From contig AP039693.1 of the NCBI GenBank assembly GCA_051599415.1, forward strand, positions 124,001-188,000: a stretch of DNA of 64,000 nt, in the 5' to 3' direction. Positions 11,701-22,670 of this stretch are shown piece after piece. The position numbers were made by a program, and so were the translations under genes. The DNA comes from Savitreella phatthalungensis. Lineage: Eukaryota. The notes under the pieces are model-generated. The model saw only the letters and a list, made by a program, of their open reading frames with translations, ran no database searches and was not told the DNA's origin. The first letter of the stretch is position 1. The number at the start of each line of letters is the position of its first letter.

Positions 11701-12906
11701 GAGGTAGGCGAGGATACTGGAGCCCAAGCAGGAGCAGCAGGGATTCCTGAGCACCGCTGGGTTAATGTGGACGCGTATGCTTGTAGACGGATGCTCGAAT
11801 AGCAGAGCCCAAGCAACTGACTGTGGTCGCTGTGGTTGCTGTGGTATTAATTGTCCGTTTGAGCTGCTGTAATAGTCTCGGCATCCTCCTTCCGTTGTTT
11901 ACTCCTCCCATCACAGTTCAATTGGCTGTTTGGTTCTGGCGCCCGTTAGAAACATGTTTCGCTCCAGGTATGCTCCAAATGCTTGCCATAGAATCGAAAT
12001 TCAGCGGATTGAATATCAGCACAGTCAATGCTCCATTGCTCCTGCTCTCAGTGCAATTAGAGGCAAAATGCGGGGTCCTCATAATTCATCCGAACTTGTT
12101 TGGCTCTGATTCCGGGTTGCCAACTTACTTGATAGGATTGTATGCTGTTCAATTCATTTGATTCTTGACTTATTCAGGTACTAAATTGAGCAACAATGTG
12201 ATTGTGCTTGTTAATACGATAATCACATGCCGAGGGATCTCGGTCACTAAGCCGCCGAGCCAATCACCATCAATCACCCCAGACATCCCTTGGAATAATG
12301 TGCTGATTCACAAACGGCTTCGAAAACTTGGACATGCGCTCTATCATACACCACACATATCTCAATCCATATAATGTGCGCGGGGTCAATATCAATCCGA
12401 CTTTTGTAGATCGCAGATCAGGGGAGAACTTCGCGTGGATCTACCTTCCTCTTCCTCTCTCAGATAATATTCTTTACGTCCGTGCATATCATTCCTACTT
12501 TGAAGAATGGTGCAGATCAGCTCGACATTCACCCTCGCGTGTTTTTTCGACAGGTCGACCAGCAGCTATACATGCTCGCCGTGCACGCTTGAATCACGCC
12601 TTTAGTTCTGCGACTTTTTACATGTCAATTATAGGTATCTGCCTATACCGACAGTGGCACTACACGTCGAGCTTTCGTGTTCTCTCATGATGTTTAATAT
12701 TGGATACAGTCTGTGAATAGCTTGATCGCAATCAGATCATTTCCGCATACATAAGATGCACAACAGTCCGAGCGTACGTCTATTGGTCGTCATTTTTTTT
12801 CAGGCGTTCATTACGAGATTGCTTTATTGTAGTTTTGTGCGTAAGGTTGATGGGAGTGGAGCGGTGCTTGTCAAGTCAAGAAAGAATCGAGTGAGGCTGG
12901 GGGTGA

Positions 12907-15206
12907 TCAAATGCACCAGGAGACACCGTCACTGCCAACTCCACCTGCGGCCTGTCTGGCATGCGCGGCAATTGCACGCGCCACCATCTCAAAGTCGTCG
13001 ACTTGATTGTCTCGCAAGGTGGAGAGGAGTTGTCTCAAGGATTCTCGAAAGCTTTGCCTCTGTTTGGCCGTCTTGAGTGTCTTTGGCGTGCCACTCAGCG
13101 CAATTAAGATATCGTCATCTGTTGTGAATGCGTCAGTACAAAAGCTCAATGAGGATCTCTTTCTCTCCCGTAGGACGCAAGTAGCAGGGCAAGGAGTCAA
13201 ACGGGCAAAAGAGATAGAGCAGAATTTCTGATGGGGAGGGGGCAGCAACCTGTCATGGCAATGTCGTCAAGATGATAGTGTGGGCACTGTGTCTTTCCAC
13301 AGGTTGATGTCAGTAGCGCTTCACAAGCCGCCTCGTTGGCACGAATCTTGTGAAAATACGTCAACGAGCGGTACCCATGTTTTACGCGCCGAGGATACAG
13401 GACGTGGTAGCGAAAGGCTGTGAAGCGCTCGAAGGGCGAGATATAGGTAGACAATGTCGGAGCATGATCGGCAGGACCCGTAGAATTGATCGCAACTTCA
13501 GGCGATGAAGATTCATGACGGCCAGCTGCAGAGATCCCACTCGACGTTATACGTCGGGGCTCTGTAGCTGTTTCCGCGAGGGATTCCCCTGCAGAACCAT
13601 CAGCATTTGACAGAGATACAGGCTGCGATGGAGCACACAGCTGAGCGAGAGTCAGTGTCGCCGGCTGTGGCCTTGACTCGTTCAAAGGCTGGTCGATCAC
13701 GTGATTGGAAAGATCCGTCACGATGCCTGCTTTGACCGAGGTAGCGGTCACGACTTCACTGGGTTCCGCCTGCCGAGCCTTCTCAACTCTGCCACGGAGC
13801 TCGCGCTCGCTCGCCTTCCGCGTTGACAACAGCTCTAGGAGCTGAGTTTTCTGAGAAAGGAGGAGCGCAACATCCGCATCCAGCGTCGCAAGCTTGCCTG
13901 CAATCTCCACCGCCTGCTTCTCCAGCTGTACCTTCAACTGAGCCTTGTCATCCAGCTGGCGGTCTACCTGGACAGTGGCGCGCTCAAGATCCGAGACATC
14001 TTTCTCGGCCTGCGCGAGCGCAGCTGTGTCCGCGGCAGACACCATACTGACTGTGTGGGCAGATTGAGGTGTACGTGCTGGGGTGGCCAGGGACCGTGCT
14101 GGGATATGCGGAGGCGCAGACTGCACGGGACTGTGTCTAAGAGCAGGAGAAGCAATCACGGGAGACTGAGCTCCCGGCGTACTGATACCGGACGCCAGGT
14201 CGCGATCCCGCTTGCGTGCCGTATGCTGCTCCTGCGCCTTGTTCAGTGCGGTCATGGCACGAGCAATCTCGTCTTCGACACGACGTAGCTTTGCCAAGCC
14301 GTCGTTATGGCGCATCACCGCCTTTGTCTGTGTCAACGACATGCTCGGCGCCACTACCGTCCCCGGTCGCACTTTGCCAGCGTCGCCCTTACCGCCGCCG
14401 GCACTCTGGCCACCTTCATCCTCAGCTTCAGACTCTTCATCGCTACTGCTGTCCCAGTCAATCACAACAGCACTCTGCCTCCCTGCAGCAGAACCTGCAA
14501 CGGCTTGTCTTTTCAGGACGGTCGCCATGTCAGGCCCATCGTGCTGCCATGGCGGTCTGGGCGCTGGTGTGACTGTCGGTCGGGCAGAAGCGGGCAGAAG
14601 AGTAGTGGCAGAAGCCGGAGGGTGAAAAGCTTCCTCGTGAGTACGCTTTGCTGTGGCAATAGAATTTGTTGGCGGCATTGCAGGTTCTGCAGCGGCGATT
14701 GTCACGCTTGCGGGAGCCGTATCGGGCGCAGGAATCGTAGGAGATATCGAAGGAGCAGAAGGAGCCGCTGCGACTCCTTTGTCCTCGTGGCTCCCCTCCG
14801 CCTCCAACAGCGCGACAATATCCTTAGCAAAGGTAGCGTGAATCCCAGCACGAATTAAATCCTGCAACTTGTACCCGCGGCTTTGCAGATCTTTGGTGAT
14901 TGCCAAACACTGCTCTAGCTGGGCGCGCACTTGCTGCTGATCACGATCATGCTGAATATCAGCCGGAGGCTTAGTAGATGTCTGCACGGACACCGGCGCC
15001 TGTATCTGTGGGAGCATTGGTGCCTGCGGCATAGGAATTTCCTGTATCTCGCCTTCTTCAGGCGCATCGTCGTCTTCGTCACCAGGGTACCCAGACCCTC
15101 GAGAAAAGACAGCTCGCCGCGAGGCAAGCGCCTTCTCCCGAAGGCTCTGGATGTCTATGGCTACCATCGAACGCGTTCCGTCTACCGGTCCACGACACTC
15201 AGCCAT
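12907..15206 (-). CDS. zf-C3H1 zinc-finger protein (Red1/ZFC3H1-like exosome adaptor); 2 exons
   Basis: YISPFERFTAFRYH...RSLTYFHKI...C-x7-C-x4-C-x3-H signature after a coiled coil. Predicted intron 13249-13119 (GTTGCT...CTGAC...ACAG) joins MT to DDDILIAL..., giving 722 aa. Confidence 0.75.
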
Positions 15207-15541
15207 GATGCGGATGCTTTTGTGAAAGTCTGTGCTGCGAGCGACGCGGCTGCCCTGACCGGCGCTGCATGTGGCTCAGGAATCGATGGTGGGATTCGAC
15301 GATTCGGATGCAGGCGTAAAACAAACAAAAAAAAACCCGCCGTAGAATTTGAGATGCAGTGCGAGGCAGTGCGGACAGTCCATCAGTGCATGCATGCATA
15401 CATACATCAACGCCTCGATTCTAGCTATCGTACGAGCTCATATATACAGACTGTCAATCATCCACAGAACCCATGCATTGTGAAACAATGAGTGGGCAAA
15501 TGCTCTAATGCGTGTGTCGTATCGCCTCTGTGCCGGCAGTA

Positions 15542-16411
15542 TCAGCCATCGACGTAGCCCTTGATGGCCTCGTACGATCCGAGGTAAAGAGAAAGTCCCA
15601 GACCTGTCCAGAAGACTCTGAGATGGACGCCTTTGAACAAAGCAGTCCATCCTCCGTCTCGTACAAGTCTTCGACCTACTGTGAGGATGGTAGAATGAGC
15701 ATCCTTGTCATTTTGTGCGAGCATGACTTTGGTCTTAGTAACGTCGAGCGGTGTTGTGATGAGAGCAGCGAAGGAGCCAGATGCAGCTGCACACAGCCCG
15801 CTTTCGAGCGCACCAAGTCGAATCTTGTTGATTTCCTTATAATCGACGTTGTCACGTGATTGGCCGGGATGCCGCTCGTCCCACTTGCGCGCTCTATATC
15901 GTGTCTTTGCAGCCTCATACAGCATGAATTGAATCGCTGTGACGGGCACGTTGCGAGCCAGAAGGCCGTAATAGCTTTTTCGCAGATTATCCCAATCTCT
16001 TCCAGCCAGGAGATCTCTGAGGATTTGACGACTGTTGTGCTGGGTGCCGCTAGATACCTGGGCACGCTGTTTCACAACTTCTGCAGGGGCGAGCACGATG
16101 CATGACAAGGCTTCTGCGAGACTACTGGCGACGAGATGATTAGCTGCGGGGGCCGTATGCGCCCATGGTACAGCTGCTTTGAGCTTCTCGTAACCATAGA
16201 AGAAAGTGGCTGCTGAAGGGATCGTGCAGACGACCACAGAGCCAATGCCCCTGTATAGATGCTTATAGCCGCCATTCTTTACGAGACCACCTTCTGCTTG
16301 GGAGCGAGTCTTGATTGTATCGAGTGGGAAAATGATTGAGTCGACACACATGGCAGCACACGCTCCTCCAAGGAGTGATCCAAGGGATGATGCCTTTTCC
16401 TCACCAGACAT
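15542..16411 (-). CDS. PET8: Mitochondrial carrier, probably the S-adenosylmethionine carrier (Pet8/Sam5-like)
   Basis: Three PxD/ExxK carrier motifs: FPLDTIKTRSQ, APAEVVKQRAQ and TTPLDVTKTKVM. GG...YRG pattern of SAM carriers. Confidence 0.75.
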   Translation of the reverse strand: MSGEEKASSLGSLLGGACAAMCVDSIIFPLDTIKTRSQAEGGLVKNGGYKHLYRGIGSVVVCTIPSAATFFYGYEKLKAAVPWAHTAPAANHLVASSLAEALSCIVLAPAEVVKQRAQVSSGTQHNSRQILRDLLAGRDWDNLRKSYYGLLARNVPVTAIQFMLYEAAKTRYRARKWDERHPGQSRDNVDYKEINKIRLGALESGLCAAASGSFAALITTPLDVTKTKVMLAQNDKDAHSTILTVGRRLVRDGGWTALFKGVHLRVFWTGLGLSLYLGSYEAIKGYVDG

Positions 16412-17271
16412 CTTTTAGCACTCTGGAATTCGCTCAAGTTGTTGACCTCGTTAGGAGCGGACTCATGAAGCAATTGTAGAGGTTCTGGAATGCGAAAGAA
16501 TTCGATATAGATGGCTCAGACGAGTCCCCTGTCTCTCTGGTCTTGCACCTAGCAAGGTATTACCCATGCATCACTCTCCATGTATAGTGAAGGTACATGT
16601 CTTCCATGACGTATACGTACACACATTGGTCTATAAGTCAATTCAGTTCAATTCATATTCTGTTATACTGTGAGACTTACAGTGATACCACCCATTTTAG
16701 ATACTTTCACGTGCTTGTATGAAGGTACCAGAATCAAATTTCAAAATTGAGATTTCCCTGCATATTGGAATTCTTGGTCAGGGCGACATATCCATCCACA
16801 CGGAGAATTCTCAAAATTCATTCATGCACGATCGATCGTTCCAATACGTGGAGTCAATTTGATCAAATTAACTCTTCTAAAGAGCTTCAATGGACAACAC
16901 CGTGCCCTTACTTTGACCTTGCTCAGCTATCTTCTGCTATCCGGTAAACAAAGAGCAACCACTGATATCACGCATCATACCCACTCACACATATGTACAC
17001 ACATATCCATCCATACACTCAAGCAAAGCACAAGCATTATACTATCCTGTATTGTACTGTTCTTTCTTCCACTGTGCTGTGGAAGTGCAAGTCATCGGTA
17101 TATCACCGCTTCTTCGATTTATTCTGGTAGAGCAAAGTCATGGGTATGCAGTGAATGACCGTCGCGCCTCTTGTCAACAATCATGTCAACGCTTCTGTGA
17201 CACCTTTCCTCCTTGCCGAACGCGCGACCCAAGGAAACAGGTGCTAGTGACGCAATCTCACATCCTCAAGT

Positions 17272-20200
17272 ATGAGCGCGACACAGGACGAGGCAGCCTT
17301 TGATGGCAAGGATTGGTACTGGGTCAAGCATGAGTCCAAGCACGATAAAAATGACAAGCATCATGGACTGCGCTACTCAAAGGCTTGGCTCCTCACAACA
17401 ACCGAGAAGGACCAACTCATTCTGCGCACCAGCAACGGGACCGAGATAACGACACCTCGCGACGAGGCGCATCCCGTCAATCCGCCTCGGTTCGATGGCG
17501 TCCAGGATATGTCTGCTCTCACGTATCTCAACGAGCCCTCCATAGCACACAACCTCAATATTCGTTTCGATGCAGGCGATATTTACACTTACTCGGGGCT
17601 CTTCCTCGTTGCCGTCAATCCATATCGTTCGCTGCCCATCTACACGAGCCAGATGGTCAAAAGCATCTCTGGCGGTGCGACGGGCGCCTCTAAGCCACAC
17701 ATCTTCGCAATCGCCGATCAGGCTTACCGCAATATGCTGACAACCTCGAGTGCACAATCTATTCTCATCACTGGAGAATCAGGGGCAGGCAAGACGGAAA
17801 ATACGAAGAGAGTAATCCAGTATCTCACGGCAAGAGCCAGTGGAACAGACTCCTCGCTAGAATCACGTATTCTGCAGGCCAATCCAGCACTCGAATCATT
17901 CGGCAATGCTCAAACGGTCCGCAACGACAATTCCTCACGTTTTGGCAAATATATTCGGACCTTCTTTTCCACTGACGGCGCGATTGCTGGCGCTCGCATC
18001 AGCTGGTTTCTGCTCGAGAAGTCTCGGGTTACGCAGCAAGCACCTGACGAGCGCAACTATCATATCTTCTATCAGCTCCTTGCCGGTGCAACGCCGCAAA
18101 TGCGCGACGAGCTCATGCTACTTGATGGTCCAGCGGACTACAACTACCTTAAGAGCGCAAACCGGACCATTGCCGGTGTGTCTGACAAGGCGGGCTTTAA
18201 AACTCTTGAGGATAGTCTGTCGGTCATGGACATTGACAAAACCCAGCAGACGGCTATTTTTAGCGTTCTCAGTGCGGTTCTTCTCCTTGGCAATATTGAC
18301 ATTCTCGGCGACAGGAATGGTCAAGCTCGATTTGCACATCATGAGCAGGTAGAGAAGGTCTGTCATTTACTCGGTGTGGACGTCGTTCAGTTTTCCAATA
18401 TCGTAAATTCGCCACGGACACAAGCAGGAAAGGAATGGATTGTGCAAGCACGAACAACCGCGCAAGCACAAGCAGCTCTCGGTGCTTTAGCGCGGGCGTT
18501 GTATGAGCGCAACTTTGGGTATCTCGTCGATCGCATCAACCAGTCACTCACGTCGGACGTCTCAGCAGAGAGCATGTCCAATATCGGTGTCCTCGACATG
18601 GCTGGCTTTGAAATCTTTGAGCGAAACTCGTTTGAGCAGCTGTGTATCAACTACACGAACGAGAAGCTCCAGCAGTTCTTTAATCATCACATGTTTGTGC
18701 TTGAGCAGGACGAGTACGCACGAGAAGGCATCGATTGGCGATTCGTCGACTTTGGCCTTGACCTTCAACCGACAATTGACCTGATCGACAAGGTGCATCC
18801 GCACATCGGACTGCTTGGTTGTCTTGACGAGGAGTGCGTGATGCCAAAGGCCACAGACGAGACTTTCACCGAGAAGATGCACGCTTTGTGGAAAGGCAAG
18901 AGTGACAAGTATCAACCTGCCAAATTCCCGCGCGACGGCTTCGTCATCACTCACTACGCGGCACCAGTCGAGTACAAGACAGCTGGCTGGCTCGACAAGA
19001 ATCGAGACCCGCTGAGTGCACAATTATCGGAGCTGCTGTCTCAATCAGCTATTCCACATATCGCATCGCTCTTCACCGACGCCGCCTCGTCGTCGACCGG
19101 CAAGACAGGTATCTTTCGCACTGTGGCGCAGAAGCACAAGGAGCAATTGACGCTTCTCATGTCTCAACTGAATGACACAGAGCCGCACTTTGTGCGGTGT
19201 ATACTGCCAAATGCGCGGAAATCGTCGAAAGAGTTTGATTTCGGGTTAGTGCTTGACCAGCTCCGCTGCAATGGTGTCCTTGAAGGCATCCGAATCGCTC
19301 GTTCAGGCTATCCGAACCGTGTGTCATATGGAGACTTCCGCTCGCGATATGCTATTCTCGCAACGCCTCTTCCCAAGGGTCGTTTCGTCAGTGGCGTCGA
19401 CGCTGCCAAGCACATCCTAGGCGAGCTCGATCTTGGAACCACAGCCGGCGACGATTTCTACAAGCTGGGTGTTTCTAAGGTTTTCTTCCGAGCCGGAGTC
19501 CTTGCCGACCTAGAAGCCCGACGCGAAGCACGGATGCACGTCCTCGTATCTGCAATTCAAGCTCGCGCGCGTGGACGACTAGCTCGCGAAGACTGCGCGA
19601 GGCGTGTACGACAGAAGAAAGCTGCAGCTCAACTCAAGATTGACTTGCATCGCTGCTTAGAGCTTCAGGAGGACCCATGGTGGCAACTGCTGCACCGCAT
19701 GAAGCCGCTCCTGTCAGTGACCAAGGCAGACAGGGACGCTAAACTGCAAAGCCGTGAAGTAGTCAAGCTGGAGGCAGTGGTCGAAGAGCGGAATGCAGCG
19801 CTCGCAAAGGCGAACGCCGGTCTTCGTCAACTGGAAGCTTCGCGTCAGGATACAGAAGAGAAGCTGCGAGCTGCAGAAGTTACGCAGGCTGATCAGCAGG
19901 CGCTCCTGATGAGAGCTAAGATGCAAGAGGCCAGTGTCACCCAGCAGCTTGACCAAGCACGCAAGATGATCACCCAGCTTGAGCGACGATGCGCTGCAAT
20001 CGAGACCGGCAAAGCTGAGGCTGAAAAGAATGCCGATAAATTGAAATCTCAGGTCGCGGCCAAAGTCGAGCTTGTGGCAACTTTGACAGCTGACAAGGCG
20101 GCAGCTGCAAAACGAGGCAAACAGCTAGAAGCTGACGTCGAGAAGGGCATGAAAAGGCACGAGCTTGCAACGCGTGCTCAGACCGTTGCAGAGGATAAAC

Positions 20201-22311
20201 TGGCCGCAGTCAAGCAAGAGCTCGAAAAGACGAAGAACGACCTGAAGGGTGAGCGCAAAACCCGGGTTGACGCAGATGCACGCATTGCCGAACTCAAGTG
20301 CAACATCGAAAGCATGCGTGCCTTACAGGCAAGCGCACTTGCAGAGAAAGACTTGGCCATCACGACAACTGAAACCGATCTTGGAACGCTGAAGAAGAAA
20401 ATAGCAGAGATCGAGAAGCAAAGCGCAATACATGAGCAACAGAAGAAGGAAGCACATGCTTCGCTCGAAGTCGAGCGGCATACTAGCTCTGGTCATTTGG
20501 CCAAATTGGGCCAGGTAGAGATTGCATTGGCCGATGCCAAGGCGAAGATTGTTACTCTGACGAAGCTCGAAACTGAGCTGCATGCAGCAAAGGCGACCAT
20601 AACATCATTGCAAAGGCTCGAAGCTGAGCTAGAGTCTGCAAAGAAGGCTCTACAGACGCTGAAGAAGTCCCAAGTAGAGCTGGAGGCCGCTAGAGAGAGC
20701 ACCAAGGCTTTAAGAGCAGATCTGACCGCCGAACGGGCAACATCGGATTCACTGAGACAACAGCTGGAAGGGAACGCAAAAGCGGCGGTCCTCCAGACAG
20801 AGCTTGAGCATGCAAAAGCTGAGCTCACAGCACTCCGCCAGCAGATCCTGAAGCAGGACAATACTACCACCGCCGAGCAGTTCAAAGCTCGCCGCGAGGT
20901 CGAGAAGGTGCAAACAGAGGTACGCAGACTACAGGTCATCAACGCTGATCTGGTGAAGCAGATGGCCCGAGCTCAGCAGGAGTTGCAACAAGCCGCTGGC
21001 TCAACGCAAAGTGTACTCAGTGCAGCTGTCGAGCGGAAGCTTGAGACTCAAGTATCTGAGCTCAAGACTCGTGTCGCCACAGCTGACAAGGAGAACGAAG
21101 ACCTGCGAGCGCAATTGAAGTCAGCACATGGCAAACTTGGTGGTGCACTCACGCACATGATGACACAGCCAAAATCGATGCATAAAGACTCCGTTGAGGC
21201 AGCGCAGCTCAGGTTAGAGCTCGAGACCGGCAAGAATGATATGGAACGGCTTCAAAACGACCTCCTCCGAGCTCAAGGTAAGCTTAAAACACTGCAGCAG
21301 CTCGACGACAATCTGGTGGCCTCTCAAGTGCGCGAACTCCTCGATGAGAAACAGCGACTGGCATCTCGACTTGAGGACAAAGAAGAGCAATGTCAACAGG
21401 CACTGTCGGCGCACGCAATCGCCGTCAAATCGGAGACAAAACTTCAACATGATTTAGCGACCTCGCAAGAGGAGACAGAACGGCAACGAAAGCTTGCCGA
21501 GCAAGCAGAGAAGCGCAGGTCTGACGTACAGCAACAGCTCAGACTCGCCCAGAAACAACTGCTCGCACTACACGAATCGCCACGCATGTCGCCGACCACA
21601 GAGCAGAATGTCGATCGCCTGGCTATCGGAAATACTGCATCACCTGTAATCCATGGTAATGGCCGATCTAGGACAAATAGTATGGCTCAGAACTTCGAGT
21701 TCCCAGCACATCACTCACCTCTGCCGAGTCCCACGCGGAGTCCAGGCCGGAGCCCTGTACGAACACAAATGAGCGCCAATGCCGGCGATGTTTTCAATGG
21801 ACCTCGCGAGGACCACTCACTGGCACGTCGTCCTCAAGCTCTTCCCCCTACCCCGACGCGCAGGCAAGACGGTTCACCGACGCGGTCTCTCGGGTCTCCT
21901 TCCCGTCTCGACCACTCTCCAGCACGACAAGTCTACCCTGAACAGTCTACAGAGGTCACATTGCTAACGCAGGAGAATCGGAAGCTCCAGAGTATGCTGG
22001 AAGCTGCAAAGGCCGGCAAGGCATATGCGCGACCTGGTACCTCGCCACACTCCCCGAGACAGCCTCTACCTTCGTCTCCTTCCCACGCACGATCCAAGTC
22101 GAGTGTGGCAGAGCTAGACAATCTCCAGCGTGCTGCGAAGCGCGAGGTCGAAGGTCTACTATCCAAGCTCGCAGACGACAAGATTAAGCTGGTAGAAGAC
22201 GTCGAGTACACGCACGCACAACTGCGAGAGAGCGAAGCCGCTCTACATCAAGCCGCACAGCGCAACAAAGAGCTCGAAGTCGCACTACGAAGAGCTCAAG
22301 CACATAGGTAG
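17272..22311 (+). CDS. Myosin type II heavy chain
   Basis: P-loop GESGAGKT, NDNSSRFGKY, LDMAGFE, EQLCINYTNEKLQQFF, QLRCNGVLEGIRI, IQ motif IQARARGRLAR and a long coiled-coil tail. Confidence 0.95.
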   Translation: MSATQDEAAFDGKDWYWVKHESKHDKNDKHHGLRYSKAWLLTTTEKDQLILRTSNGTEITTPRDEAHPVNPPRFDGVQDMSALTYLNEPSIAHNLNIRFDAGDIYTYSGLFLVAVNPYRSLPIYTSQMVKSISGGATGASKPHIFAIADQAYRNMLTTSSAQSILITGESGAGKTENTKRVIQYLTARASGTDSSLESRILQANPALESFGNAQTVRNDNSSRFGKYIRTFFSTDGAIAGARISWFLLEKSRVTQQAPDERNYHIFYQLLAGATPQMRDELMLLDGPADYNYLKSANRTIAGVSDKAGFKTLEDSLSVMDIDKTQQTAIFSVLSAVLLLGNIDILGDRNGQARFAHHEQVEKVCHLLGVDVVQFSNIVNSPRTQAGKEWIVQARTTAQAQAALGALARALYERNFGYLVDRINQSLTSDVSAESMSNIGVLDMAGFEIFERNSFEQLCINYTNEKLQQFFNHHMFVLEQDEYAREGIDWRFVDFGLDLQPTIDLIDKVHPHIGLLGCLDEECVMPKATDETFTEKMHALWKGKSDKYQPAKFPRDGFVITHYAAPVEYKTAGWLDKNRDPLSAQLSELLSQSAIPHIASLFTDAASSSTGKTGIFRTVAQKHKEQLTLLMSQLNDTEPHFVRCILPNARKSSKEFDFGLVLDQLRCNGVLEGIRIARSGYPNRVSYGDFRSRYAILATPLPKGRFVSGVDAAKHILGELDLGTTAGDDFYKLGVSKVFFRAGVLADLEARREARMHVLVSAIQARARGRLAREDCARRVRQKKAAAQLKIDLHRCLELQEDPWWQLLHRMKPLLSVTKADRDAKLQSREVVKLEAVVEERNAALAKANAGLRQLEASRQDTEEKLRAAEVTQADQQALLMRAKMQEASVTQQLDQARKMITQLERRCAAIETGKAEAEKNADKLKSQVAAKVELVATLTADKAAAAKRGKQLEADVEKGMKRHELATRAQTVAEDKLAAVKQELEKTKNDLKGERKTRVDADARIAELKCNIESMRALQASALAEKDLAITTTETDLGTLKKKIAEIEKQSAIHEQQKKEAHASLEVERHTSSGHLAKLGQVEIALADAKAKIVTLTKLETELHAAKATITSLQRLEAELESAKKALQTLKKSQVELEAARESTKALRADLTAERATSDSLRQQLEGNAKAAVLQTELEHAKAELTALRQQILKQDNTTTAEQFKARREVEKVQTEVRRLQVINADLVKQMARAQQELQQAAGSTQSVLSAAVERKLETQVSELKTRVATADKENEDLRAQLKSAHGKLGGALTHMMTQPKSMHKDSVEAAQLRLELETGKNDMERLQNDLLRAQGKLKTLQQLDDNLVASQVRELLDEKQRLASRLEDKEEQCQQALSAHAIAVKSETKLQHDLATSQEETERQRKLAEQAEKRRSDVQQQLRLAQKQLLALHESPRMSPTTEQNVDRLAIGNTASPVIHGNGRSRTNSMAQNFEFPAHHSPLPSPTRSPGRSPVRTQMSANAGDVFNGPREDHSLARRPQALPPTPTRRQDGSPTRSLGSPSRLDHSPARQVYPEQSTEVTLLTQENRKLQSMLEAAKAGKAYARPGTSPHSPRQPLPSSPSHARSKSSVAELDNLQRAAKREVEGLLSKLADDKIKLVEDVEYTHAQLRESEAALHQAAQRNKELEVALRRAQAHR

Positions 22312-22670
22312 CACTTCCTAAATCCCTCTTGAATAGATGACATGAACGATGACAGTCCTTCAAGAAGCTTGAGCCTGCGACTGAGCTACCTAATCGGTGC
22401 GGTGTATGCGCGCATCGTCTCCTAGTTGTTCTCTGCGTTACTCAAATCGACCGCTGTCAAAATTGCCAACGCGGCCATCGTATCCTCACAGTGTGTGTAT
22501 GCAGATGATTGAGCGTGGATGCACTGCACATGCTGAATGAATGTGAAAATGACCTCATGAAGAATAAGCACACGATATACAAACCAAAAATCAGATATCT
22601 CTCAGGACAAGCTCGGACATCTTGGTCTTCATCTGAAGCTTGCGTACTGCTGCAGTATCGTTGGGCCAGG

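Noticed and set aside
11823..13076. Short + strand ORFs between ACAD and the zf-C3H1 gene
   Set aside because: Mostly non-ATG starts, no coding bias or motifs; the last overlaps the final exon of the zf-C3H1 gene antisense.
16660..16690. Small hairpin ACTGTGAG-ACTTACAGT as a possible ncRNA or riboswitch
   Set aside because: Too short, with no TPP riboswitch, tRNA or snoRNA consensus nearby.
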